NCBI RefSeq assembly: GCF_006345805.1
Contig: NC_043019.1
Coordinates: 1,860,001 to 1,924,000 of the forward strand
Direction of reading: 5' to 3'
Source: Octopus sinensis
Taxonomy: Eukaryota
Length of the DNA stretch: 64,000 nucleotides
Positions 27,017-39,618 of this stretch are shown here, in pieces; within the stretch, counting starts at the first letter, position 1, and the number at the start of each line of letters is the position of its first letter. Under the pieces are notes generated by a model. The model saw only the letters and a program-made list of their open reading frames with translations, had not been told where the DNA came from and searched no databases. A program made the translations under genes and the position numbers.

Positions 27017-27112
27017 TATATTACATTCATGTACGCAGAAACTGCGACATACTAGGAGTCCGTGATATATATTTACATATAGTAGCCAGAAAAATCTGCG
27101 ATGTACTGAGTG
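25870..27112. repeat. About 80-bp inverted repeat pair (25870-25950 and 27034-27112), possibly TIRs of a non-autonomous DNA transposon
   Basis: cactcagtacatcgcagatttttctggcta... is the reverse complement of ...tagccagaaaaatctgcgatgtactgagtg. No TSD found. Confidence 0.55.
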
Positions 27113-27509
27113 TTATATATATGATGTTGATATATAGATATATATATATATATATATATATATTACATATATAATATATGCATATATATATCTATGTGTG
27201 CATGAGGCATATGTACTTAAAACATGTATGTATAAATATAAATGTATGTGTGTGCGCGTGAGTTTGTATATGAATTTGTTTGTGTATAGGTTAATTGGAT
27301 TCGTTGGTATGTACGAAGGTTAGTAGACTGATATTAAATTCGGACTAACTGAAGAAGAATATTTCCAAACTAATCTTCAAAAAATAATAAAGCAAAAGTT
27401 ACTAACGGGAAATCATAAGCCTTCCTAGTGATTGAGTATATAATTACTAGAGTGTATTGGAAGTTGAGGAAACTTCATCGGCTAAGTACTGAGTGAAAAA
27501 AATTCATAT

Positions 27510-27582
27510 GGATGGATGGATGGATGGATGGATGGATAGATAGATAGAAGATAGATAGATAGATAGACTGACAGACAGACAT

Positions 27583-27656
<74 letters not shown>

Positions 27657-27714
27657 TGATAGATAGATAGATAGATAGATAGGTAGGTAGATAGATATAT
27701 AGATAGATAGATAG

Positions 27715-27797
<83 letters not shown>

Positions 27798-27866
27798 GAT
27801 AGATAAAGGCAGACATACAGATAGATAGAGATAGATAAAGGCAGACATACAGATAGACAGATAGAC

Positions 27867-27962
<96 letters not shown>
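27510..27962. repeat. (GGAT)n/(GATA)n tetranucleotide microsatellite
   Basis: Direct reading. Confidence 0.95.
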
Positions 27963-28176
27963 CTGAGAAAACTATTGCATAATGCCCACTTCACTGCGTC
28001 ATATGGCAGAGGCGGTTCTAAGCCAGTTAAGGTGATTGCAAGAATTCATGATCTTCGTCGTTTTGATAGTTTCATACTAGTCTCTGTTCTCGACCAACGC
28101 ATTGCTTGTAAAGCAGTAGTTGGAGCCGAATACAGATTCAAACAAGCAGAAACACATGCAGGCACACACGCATACA

Positions 28177-28331
28177 CGACGGCTTCTTTCAGTTTCCATC
28201 TACCAATTCCACTCACAAATCTTTGATCGGCTTCACGCTTCAGTAGAAGACGCTTGCCCAAGGTTCCACGCAGTAGCACACAAAACCGGAAACACATAGT
28301 TAGGAAGCAAGCTTCTTATGACAGCTACACC
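28177..28331 (-). mobile_element. SINE family A head module, old
   Basis: Degenerate match. Confidence 0.7.
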
Positions 28332-28480
28332 GGTAATAGCTTATAATATATATATATATACATACATACATATTTAAATGTATATATGTAAGTATATATA
28401 TATATAATATATTATATATATATATATATATATATACTTACATATATACATATTATATATGTATGTATATATATATATAT

Positions 28481-28524
<44 letters not shown>

Positions 28525-28525
<1 letters not shown>

Positions 28526-28730
28526 TCAAAATGTGACCGCGTGTGTACCGTTGACGATTGTCTTCCCTTCCTTGGATCTTTCCTTTTCCTATGTTTCTGA
28601 CGAAGAGCTCCGCTCGAAACGTAAAACCTTCCTTCTTCCCTTCCTTCCTGAGCGTCCAATACTACTATACTTGTTCCACGTCCTCGCGTTGTTGTGTTTT
28701 CTCTTTGTGTTTTCATGTTTGGATTAACTA
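28525..28730 (+). mobile_element. Hammerhead-bearing short repeat family H2, about 205 bp, between (TA)n tracts
   Basis: Three copies: 28525 (+), 29617 (-) and 31890 (-). Confidence 0.8.
28593..28627 (+). ncRNA. Minimal type I hammerhead ribozyme motif with intact core (H2)
   Basis: GUUU-CUGACGA-A-GAGC-UCC-GCUC-GAA-ACGU-A-AAAC; predicted cleavage after 28623. Confidence 0.8.
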
Positions 28731-28762
28731 TATATATATATATGTGTGTGTGTGTGTGAGTG

Positions 28763-28794
<32 letters not shown>

Positions 28795-29616
28795 CAGAGA
28801 GAGAGAGAGAGAGAGAGAGATTTATAGACATATAAATACATCTATTTACACATCATTACGCACATACTATGTAAACATACATGGCGCACACAAAAATAGA
28901 GGCATGTTGGTATCTTTGTATTTGTGTATGACTGCCTGTCTCTGTCTATGTGTATGTGCCTCTGTGTATGAGTATGTGTCTTTGAGCATTGATTGTATGT
29001 GTGGTAATATTTATCGAAGTTTTTTTTTTTTGTTGACATATACTATATATGCTAAGCTGTATATTTAATACCAGTCTAATACATTTATCATAATATTTAT
29101 GCTATACGTCTTTTATTACTTGCCAGTATGGAGCTATTGGCAAAATTTGAAATTGGGTGCAATATATTATACGAACGAATTAATGACTAATAAACGGCGT
29201 CAGCGGAATAAGATATTTGTCATCTGTATGTCTACCCATAAAGTATATACTTTCTTTAAACATATTCACACATATACACCCACACTTCTGGAATGTACTA
29301 AGAACGGTTTCAGAGCACCATTCTTTTCAACAGCATACAAAACGTATCTTTTAGTATCCAGCAAAATTTGTGATCGACTTTCAAGCCTTGTGGAGTACCG
29401 TCAATTTCTGTATGTGCATCTTGCCGTCTTTGTGTGTTTTACGGTGAGTGTGCATCTTGCTCTGTGTATGTGTATGTGTGTTTACTCTTTAAACTTTATT
29501 CTTTAAACAGTTCTTAACCTGAATGATGGCTATTTTGATTTAGTAATAGTCCTACTGGGTGTGACTGTCGTACATATATATATATATATTATATATATAT
29601 ATATATATACATATAT

Positions 29617-29829
29617 TTAATACAAGCATGAAAACACAAAGAGAAAACACAACAACCCGAGGACGTGGAACAAGTATACTGTTATTGGATGCTCAGGAAA
29701 GGAAACAAAGAAGGAGGATTTAACGTTTCGAGTGGAGCTCTTCGTCAGAAACATAGGAAAAGGAAAGATCCAAGGAAGGAAGACGGAGGAAAGATTCGCC
29801 AACGGTACACACGCGGTCACATTTTGAAT
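29617..29829 (-). mobile_element. H2 element (hammerhead motif 29718-29752)
   Basis: GUUU-CUGACGA-A-GAGCUCCACUC-GAA-ACGU-U-AAAU. Confidence 0.8.
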
Positions 29830-29832
29830 ATA

Positions 29833-29914
<82 letters not shown>

Positions 29915-29918
<4 letters not shown>

Positions 29919-30845
29919 GTCATCCCGTAAATAATGCGGGGTTTTTTCAGTTGCATGAACTAAAAGTCGGAAGGGACGGGACAAAGTAAAAGCCGGAGGG
30001 GACGGGATATACCAAGTTGATGTAGAATATCTACATCAACTTGCTATAAAACCAGGTAGTTATTTATCTTGTGATTATTCTTAGTGCAAGGTTCGAAGAG
30101 TTAAGTTCTATTTGAACAGTTATTTTGTTCAAAGCTATGACGGAAGTGACAAAGAAGCATATTCGGCATATTTTGCTTTAAGAGTTCAATAATGGCAACA
30201 CTGCAAAGGCAAGTGTTAGGAATATTAATGAAGTATATGGAGATCGAACAATAAGCTTAGGGTAGTGTGAACGATGATTCCTGAAATTCTGACACGAAAC
30301 TTCATCTTAGAAGACGCATCATGTTTTGGAAAATCTGTAGAGCTCGATGAGGACGTCCTGCAAACCCTGGTAGAAACAAAACCCCATCGGAACTGTTGAG
30401 GAACTAGCAGAACAGCTTGGATTTAGTCATTGAACCAGTCATCCAAGTCAGCGCTAGAAGAAAAACGACCATCTTTGATTTGAAGACGAAAGGTATTTTC
30501 CATCAGAATAATGTCCGTCCACATACAGCGAGGATGCCATTCCAAAGAGTGGAGCAGTTTCGATGGGAAACGATGCCCACTATATTCGCTGGACGTTGTC
30601 CCATCTGATTATTATTTATTCTGCAGTTTTCAAAATCATTTAGACAGAAAAAATATGAATTCTGTAGACGAGGTCACAACAGTACTGGAGGATTATTTTT
30701 CTATACAGACAAGTAAATTTTGGAAGGGTATCCTTGCAAGTCTGCCAGATAGAAGACAGTATATTTTAGATAAGAAAAGAATACTTTTTAATATTTAATT
30801 TTAAAAAATATAAGTATAAAAAACCGCATTATATGTGTACAGGTA
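29915..30845 (+). mobile_element. Internally deleted mariner (DD34D-type) transposon relic
   Basis: TA|TTGGGTCATCCCGTAAATAATGCGGG terminus with a partial inverse at the right end. HIRHILL*EF..GNTA..RNINEVYG, FHQNNVRPH and YSLDVVPSDYYLF motifs. Confidence 0.85.
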
Positions 30846-31251
30846 TGCGTGTATGTACTTAAGTATGTATATATGTGTGTATGAGTGCGTGTCTGTGAGT
30901 GTATGTGTGTGCGTTTGTACAGGTATTAATGTATGTATATATGTATGTATATGGCTGTATGCTTCTGTCTGTGTCTGTGTGTATTTGTGCATGTGTATGT
31001 AAGCTTACAATTTCAATTTAGTTTCAATTACAAACATATTTTTCCAATAACATTCAAATTATCCCCTTGCTATCACTCCCTTCCTGTATTTTCAATTACC
31101 AATCCCAATTACAACTCTCGAACTTGCTATTTTATTTCTATACTTGAAGTGTCTCCATTATCTTCGTTTCAATATCATTCGTAATTCAATATAGGCGCAT
31201 GCGCAACGGGACTTGTCTGAGCAAATATCACTTTCGTGTATCGGTGCCAGC

Positions 31252-31480
31252 GGCGAGGAGCTGGCAAAAGCGTTAGCACGCCGGGCGAAATGCTTAGCGG
31301 TATTTCGTCTGCCGGTACGTTCAGAGTTCAAATTCCGCCGAGGTCGACTTTGCCTTTCATCCTTTCGGGGTCGATTAAATAACTATCAGTTACGCACTGG
31401 GATCGATATAATCGACTTAATCTGTTTGTCCTTATTCCTCCTCACTGTGTTTATCCCCTTGTGGGTGATAAAGAAATAGG
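31252..31480 (+). mobile_element. SINE family B, full-length monomer
   Basis: Head gagctggcaaaagcgttagc, B box gagttcaaattcc, aaagaaatagg tail. Confidence 0.9.
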
Positions 31481-31889
31481 TCCTAACTTGTAATCTTGCA
31501 TTAAACCCGACGGCTGTTGTCTTACGTAATATGTTGCCCTCTGATAATACGGGATTTTGAAAGTGTGTAAACGATATCTGCTTAACATATTTAATTATAT
31601 AATAATCATGATACACTACAACACTATGGAAACAGCAAATTGCTATTCCCCATTTTATGTAATGGGCTTAATATATACATGTACATGCGTCTGTGCTACG
31701 CATACAGATGTATATTTACATGAATGTATGTATACTTGTATGTTAATATTCAGCTTTATTTCAAGATTTTTTGTCAATAGAGAAGGAGTCGGTCTTTCAC
31801 CTAGATCCAAGGCTGCTTCATTGGAATTTCAACATTGGCAAGAGGGTAGTTCTGTATGCATGCATATATGTATGCATGTATGTAAAGTT

Positions 31890-32094
31890 AATCTAAACAA
31901 GAAAGCACAAAAAAACACAACAACGCGATGACGTGGAACAAATATAGTATTATTGGATGCTCAGGAAAGAAGGAAAGAGGAGGGTTTAACGTTTCGAGCG
32001 GAGCTCTTCGTCGGAAACATAGGAGAAGGAAAGATCCAGAGAAGGGAAAACAGAGGAAAAAAAATCGCCAACGGTACACACGAGGTCACATTTT
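31890..32094 (-). mobile_element. H2 element (hammerhead motif 31984-32018, U4C mutation)
   Basis: GUUU-CCGACGA-A-GAGC-UCC-GCUC-GAA-ACGU-U-AAAC. Confidence 0.8.
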
Positions 32095-33044
32095 GTATGT
32101 ATGTATGTATGTATGTATGTATGTATGTATGTATGTATGTTCCATGCAGATTTGTATGTCTCGTTTTATGAATAGCTTCTCTTCCATATAATTACATATC
32201 TAGACATGCTCCTATATACTTAAATGATAAACTCCTGGGAAGTTTTACAGATTTTAACAGTTCCAGTGACGGATTGGATCTGTAGTCTTCGAATCAGCGT
32301 TCTCCTTTCTGGTTTTGAGAAGCTTAATTTCTCAAGATCGGTATTTAGGCAGTGTGTATGTGTGCATGTATAGTTGGTTGGTTGGTTGGTTGGTTCATTG
32401 GTTGGTTGTTTGCTTGTTTGCTTGGATTCATGTATGCATGCATGGATTGATGGATGAATTGATGGATGCATGGTTTTGTAGATGGATATATGGAGGGATA
32501 GATGCTTTTCCGACGTAAGTATACCGAGACAGAGAGAGAGAGATGGGGGAGAGAGAGAATTGAGTATTGTGAGGAAGAGAGGGAATACGAACAGAGGGAG
32601 TGATGTTTGTTTTAACACTGTATAAACTATTATACGTATAGATTTGTCCATAAAGATTTTTTGAGATTGCAATTCTGTGTGCGTGTGTGTGTATGTGTGT
32701 GTGTATGTGTATCTGTGTGTGTGTGTGTGTGTGTGTGTCTGTATGTGTGTCTATGTGTGTTTGCGTGCTTCTCTCGGTGTGTTATATAGTTTTGCATTCT
32801 GAAGTTTATAATTTCGTGGTGTATTTAGTTCAGATAAGAAATGGGAAAAGAATGGCGCGTTTTAAAATGTCTGATTAAGAGTAATCGTTAATCTCATTTT
32901 AAATCTTATCAAAAGAAGTGGGAAAAAATGAAGGGATTGACATAGTTAATGGTGCATACATTCAGGTTAGAATTTAAGAATCCGATTAAACAGCTGCAAA
33001 AGATGATGGAGTGGTTGTAGCTGAAATGTCTTTTGTCCGATAAA

Positions 33045-33420
<376 letters not shown>

Positions 33421-33445
33421 GGGGGGGAGAGAGAAAGAGAGACTA

Positions 33446-33476
<31 letters not shown>

Positions 33477-34105
33477 TTACATGTGTAAGATAGTTCTCTT
33501 ATTGTCTTCTGATTGTCGGAAGCGTCCAAATCGCCAAACTTCAAAAATATAACACAGTTAAGCTTTTAAATTCCTTCTCTTTGCTGAGACTTGCTCAAAA
33601 TGGATATGACAACCCTAACCTTAATTATCATACATGAAGCATAAAGCAAAATAAATCTATCAATTTCTCACGGAAATACAGAACAGGTTTCTTTGCTCAT
33701 TATCATAGTGTGATTATACGGCAGGTATTAATCAGAATTATCAGTGATACACTGATTTATCGATTTTACGGTAATGAAGATTAATCGCGTCTACTAATTT
33801 TCCATATAATGACAAAATATTGACCATGTTATCTTATTTCAATTTATGGATTCATTTCATACAATATGGCGAATTTTATACCTGTCACAGTGAAATATTT
33901 ACCGAACGAACGATATTTCTGTTGCGTTTGCATAAATGCTGCACTATTCATATGATCGATCTTGTCTATGTTTCCGTTTATTCGATCAAGCTAATTACCT
34001 ACTCAATATAATGCAGCGAGAACGTGTTCCTTAGACAAATATGAACATCTGATGTAATACTAAGACGGCTTTCGAATCATAGGTACTCTTCAATATTTGT
34101 GTGTT

Positions 34106-34149
<44 letters not shown>

Positions 34150-34153
<4 letters not shown>

Positions 34154-34411
34154 CACCGTGATCACCATGACCGGCCAGGCTATCAGACGTTGCTACACAT
34201 CGCTGGTCACAATGCGCTTTGCATTGTTTTAACCTTGAAGTGACGCCACCCCGCTGGCTAGGAGAGCAGGCCAGCAGAAGAAAGAGTGAGAGAAAGTTGT
34301 GGCGAAAGAGAACAGCAGGGATCACCACCAGCCCCTGCTGGAGCCTCGTGGAGCTTTTAAGTGTTTTCGCTCAATAAACACTCACAACACCCTAACCACT
34401 GGGCCATTGCG
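34150..34411 (-). mobile_element. SINE family E with internal B-box deletion and an alternative 3' tail
   Basis: Shares gagcgaaaacac.taaagctccacgaggctc with the 49661 and 58236 copies. Confidence 0.8.
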
Positions 34412-34644
34412 TATACGTATATATATATATATCTTTTATTAAACTTTTAATACTTTTGATATATAAAAAAATAAATAAATAAATAAATAAATAAAAATAA
34501 ATTAATTAAATAATATATAAATATAAAAATATACATACATACATATATATATAAATTTGTATATATATATAAAATTTATAAGTTTAAATTATTTAAATAA
34601 TTTTTTTTTATTTTTTAACTTTTATATTTTAAATTAATTTTATG

Positions 34645-34795
34645 TATAGGCTTATGTTTTTCATTGTATGATTTGCCTAATAATGGTTTTATCTCTAATT
34701 TAATATAATATAATATATTTATACTATAAAATTGGATTTAATCCTAAATCTCATTTTTCCCTGTAAGTTTGGATTTATTCCCTAATATTATTATT
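34645..34795 (-). repeat. AT-rich interspersed repeat G (also 43268-43420 on + and 57815-57900 on +)
   Basis: aatattagggaataaatccaaacttacagggaaaaat.agatttaggattaaatc motif. Confidence 0.65.
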
Positions 34796-34898
34796 ATATA
34801 TATATATATAATATATTATATATATATATACATACATACATACATACATACATACATACATACATACAGACAGACAGACAGACAACAGATAGACAGAC

Positions 34899-34984
<86 letters not shown>

Positions 34985-35016
34985 TCAATCCAAACAGTAA
35001 TATATGTATGTATATA

Positions 35017-35105
35017 CAGGGGTTGGAAAAAATAATGGAAATACCTAGAATCATAGCATAATAATTTCGAAATATCTATAAAACCGTGTAAAAGCTTTAT
35101 TTTTT
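35017..35105 (+). mobile_element. Tc1 terminal fragment, same family as 14506-16255
   Basis: TA|CAGGGGTTGGAAAAAATAATGGAAATACCT followed by the matching subterminal sequence. Confidence 0.8.
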
Positions 35106-36347
35106 TTGTTCCTATCAAGCTGAGGTTAATAAAATGAAATACCAGTTACGTATTGGTGTCGATATAATCCTGGATACATTTACGTCTGAATACAAAAGAT
35201 GGTTGATCAAGTCTTAGCTTTCAGCCTTTGATGGTATGTCTATTCAATCACCTGAATCACCTTTGACAGTAGACACTAGAACAAAAGCAACAGAACGGCG
35301 ATGACAATAAAACAACGCAGGCAATATCAAAATAAGAACAAAAACTGTTCTTATGAACTTAGTTTTCCTGGCTTGTTCGAAAAATTCAGAGACTATGAAA
35401 GAACACAATTCTAGAAATCAATAATTATATGAGAGCACCAATCTTTTATTGAAAAGATGATGACTGTAAGCAATGTTAAATAAATATACTTCAATTTTGT
35501 ACCGCAAATTATACTGTATGAAATACATAGGAGACATTACGGTAAAGAAACTTTAAAACTTGACAAAAGGACAATTGACATATGTATGAATGTATTTAAA
35601 CTATCCAATATGAATGTTAGTAAAGAAAAAACGAACAACGAAATATTACAGTCGAATGCTATAACACTGTCGGATAAACAGGTAAATATAGAGAATTGCT
35701 AAGAATTAATAGTCTGTATTGGATATTGTATAACTCGCATAGTTGTCATTACTTTGACCGAATTATCAATCATCCATAGCGCATTAATTCAGAATATTCT
35801 TCTAAAGATACAGTCAAATTATAGCTGGAATCTGAACTACGATATGATACACAGAGGAAGAGATGTAGAAAAAACATTTCGATAACTTTTAAAGAAATAT
35901 AAAGTTTTAGGAAAAGATAATTACATATATGTACCATAACTTGTAGTTATTAGTTTGGTTTAATATGGTATATTACATTTATTTACTCAATCTTGATTTT
36001 TGCAGCCTCATTCTCTTTCAGTTAACTTATTCCTCCATCGATTTCTTTCTATATGCTATTATTTTAGATACTTTTTTTCGACTTACAAACGCATGCCTAT
36101 AATTTAATCATACACACACACACACACAGAAAAAAAAAAACACACACACAGATGCTCTAAAACACACCTGCACACACATACATACGTGAATACGTGAATA
36201 TATATTTTTATAAATCTATATCGATATATGTATGTCTACATACGTACGCCAGCATATTTGTGGGATTAATATATACTGATTATTGTGCTATAACTTCTGA
36301 GGAGTTTATACGCATTTGTGACTAAACGCCAAGGAAATATATATATA

Positions 36348-36425
<78 letters not shown>

Positions 36426-37341
36426 CATGTCTGTATGTTTGTGTCTGTCTGTTTGTATATATGTGTGCGTATAAATATATATGCATATATATGTAGGTGC
36501 ATGTATGTATAGAGAAACACACACATATATATATGTATATGAATGTATATGTATATATATATATATACATATACGTATACATACATAGTAACTATTTATA
36601 TATCCATATATATATATATATATAATATATATATATATATTATATATATATATATATATACATACATATAAACATATACATATACACATATAGCTATCAT
36701 ATATACATATGTTTGTGTGCATGTATCTGTGTGTGAATGTGCGCACAATAAATAGGTTTTATGGTTCATTACCTGTCGTCAGACTCCACTGATGCTTACC
36801 TGTCTAATGAAAAATCACAGGCAAGGTATATTTAAATAGTGTTGTCAAGCTAGCATGTTTAATTATATACGTTTGTTTATTTAATGTTTATCGTCTGTAA
36901 AAGGTTCTACCGAAAATTAACGAGGCGAGAAATTCCGAATATGCAACATATAGGTAAAACAAACAAAAAAGCTGAAAAAATGGCCGCCATTTGCATCTGT
37001 AAGAATTATACGCTGAAGTTTGTAACTTTGTTTATTTTTAGTTTTATGCGACGAGAATATGATAAATGTGACATTTCGGAAATTTAACTTCGCCTAAGAA
37101 ATTCAGATAGAAGATAGAATTCCGACTCACATCACGGTTAATGCAGAATAAGACAGTTTGGTGCAGCTTTATGCACAGTGCTGGTTTGGTATGATTGACT
37201 AGACACTGACACTAGTTTGGTGATAGTATGTTTGGTACTAGAGGCAAAGACACACAGAGACACAAACATTCACACATCAGAATGCACACTCAGAAATATA
37301 CACATACTGATAGTATGAGAGAGAGATAGTCAGACAGACAT

Positions 37342-37388
37342 TACACGTCATCCCTGGTGGGATCCGAACCCACGACCTCTGGATTAAC
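37342..37388 (-). other. tRNA 3'-half-like fragment (pseudo-tRNA or SINE head)
   Basis: taatccagaggtcgtgggttcggatcccaccaggga: variable loop, T-arm and acceptor strand. No 5' half. Confidence 0.4.
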
Positions 37389-37425
37389 ACAAAGGACATG
37401 AACATTTTACGTCTCCTCACACGCA

Positions 37426-37664
37426 TACTCTCTTTTACTCTTTTACTCTTTTACTCTTTTACTTGTTTCAGTCATTTGACTGCGGCCATGCTGGAGCACC
37501 GCCTTTAATCGAGCAACTCGACCCCGGGACTTATTCTTTTGTAAGCCCAGTACTTATTCTATCGGTCTGTTTTGCCGAACCGCTAAGTAACGGGAACATA
37601 AACACACCAGCATCGGTTGTCAAGCAATGCTAGGGGGACAAACACAGACACACAAACACACACA

Positions 37665-37754
<90 letters not shown>

Positions 37755-37853
37755 TACGACGAGCTTCTTTCAGTTTCCGTCTACCAAATCCACTCTCAAG
37801 GCTTTGGTCGGCCCGAGGCTATAGCAGAAGACACTTGCCCAAGGTGCCACGCA
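37426..37853 (-). mobile_element. SINE family A, 5'-truncated, 9-bp TSD
   Basis: CACGCATAC at 37420-37428 and 37848-37856. Confidence 0.9.
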
Positions 37854-37962
37854 TACAGTGAAGTATGTTCACAAACATAAACTCGGAGAGGGAAAGAGGT
37901 AAGGGAGAGGATAGAAATACAACGAGAGAGAACGAGGAAACATTAAAACGTCTTATGTCTAA

Positions 37963-38359
37963 CTAGCAGTATCGCCCGGCGTTGCTCGGGTTTGTAAGGG
38001 AAATAACTATATAAGCATCTTTAGAGAGTTATAGCCAAAAGATAGCAAAAAAATGCATTAAAAATGGAAAAAAATTATGGTAAATATTTTTTTAAATCGT
38101 TGACTCATCGTAGACATTTTTAGAGAGTTACTTCCCTTATATAATAGCGAAAAAATGCATTAAAATGGAAAAAAATGATGGTAATTTTTTTTTTAAATCG
38201 TAGACTCATTGTAGACGCGCGCTAATAGCCAGAAGGGCTCGATATGAATCACGACTATAAGATACCCGGTTTTGGCTAAACTGCACCGCAAAATGTGGGA
38301 GTAGTTAGGAATCTAAATCGTAGAAGACAGACACACAACTTCACTTTTATATATAAAGA
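37963..38359 (-). mobile_element. Non-autonomous Helitron
   Basis: Minus strand A|TC...hairpin cccgagcaacgccggg...CTAG|T. Internal direct duplication of about 100 bp. Confidence 0.8.
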
Positions 38360-39260
38360 TATGTCAGCAATAACAGCAATAACAAAACAGCCTGAATAAA
38401 CGTTTCAAAGCCCGTTAAATGTACTTAGTCAAATCAAGAGCTTCACTGTTCAGTAATACAATCTGCTAAAACTGTTTCTACTTAAAAGATGTTTTCATAA
38501 GCCTTAAGCTGTGAAAAAACGAAATCAGAATACATAGTGAGGCAGACATTTTTAACATTTTCTTGACAGTAATTTCGAAAATATACCAATCATTGCTCGA
38601 CTCATCCAGCTGAGGTCATTCATAGGATAAGATGGCACTCTCAATAAAATATTTAAAATTGTATTAGTTATATAATATATAGCGATTATTTCCGACAAAT
38701 GACGTTTACGTCGTTGTAAAATTCGGGTTTCTAAGAAGAGCCAAACGATTCAGGAATGACAGATACTCTGATAATGTTCATAGAATCTAACGGATTTGAT
38801 ACAATGAAGCGAAAGAGTTTACTGAAAATTTCCGACTCATTATTAGACAAAAACTCTTTGTAGGAATATTTAAAACCTAAGAGAAAGATGCAAGAAGATA
38901 AATGTAATGACATTAATAAAAGAATTTTGGACAATATAGAAAATGATGGATGGGAGCACATGATGTTCTTAACGCCCACTGTAGAATATTGTGGATATTC
39001 CAGTCTTCTATTGCATCATCAGTGAAGTATAGATTATTTAGTTGCCATTATGTAGCGTGTTATATATACATGAATACATACATACATATATAAATAGGTA
39101 GATGTAAATTTATGTATAATCATACATATATGTCTATATGTATGTGTGAGTGTCTCTGTCTGTGTCTATACATATACCTGTATTCTTTGTATATGAATAT
39201 AGCCAAACACATATAAATATATGCATATAAATATGTATATATATACATAAATAAATATGT

Positions 39261-39618
39261 GTGGCTGTGTGGGAGTTAGCTTGCTTACCAACCACATACT
39301 TCCGAGTTCAGTCCCACTGCGTGGCACATTTGGCATATGTCTTCGGGTCGACCAAATATAGCTTCGGGCCGACCAAATCCTTGTGAGTGGATTTGGTAGA
39401 CGGAACTGAAAACAGCCCGTAGTATATATATATACACATATGTGTGTGTGTGTACACGACAGTCTTCTTTCAGTTTCCGTCTTCCTTTCCAGATCCGCTT
39501 ACATGTCTTTGGTCGGCCCTAGGCTATAGCAGATGACAATTGCCCTAAGTATCAAGAAGTGGGACTGAACCTAGAACCTTGTGGTTGGGAAGCAGGCTTC
39601 TTACAACACACTCACGCC
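39261..39618. mobile_element. Two SINE A head modules in inverted orientation sharing one microsatellite
   Basis: 39261-39425 on + and 39457-39618 on -. Confidence 0.85.

Noticed and set aside
28619-28660. Alternative monomeric helix III using the downstream GCGUC
   Set aside because: Helix I then fails to pair, whereas the proximal site gives co-varying helix I in all families.
36290-36340. Hammerhead-like CTGAGGA...AAACGC (also 18635-18670 and 27345-27375)
   Set aside because: Requires several core substitutions or deletions; not distinguishable from chance.
38731-39050. Host exon in the purine-rich stretch
   Set aside because: Stops in the plausible frames; no recognisable domain or splice support.
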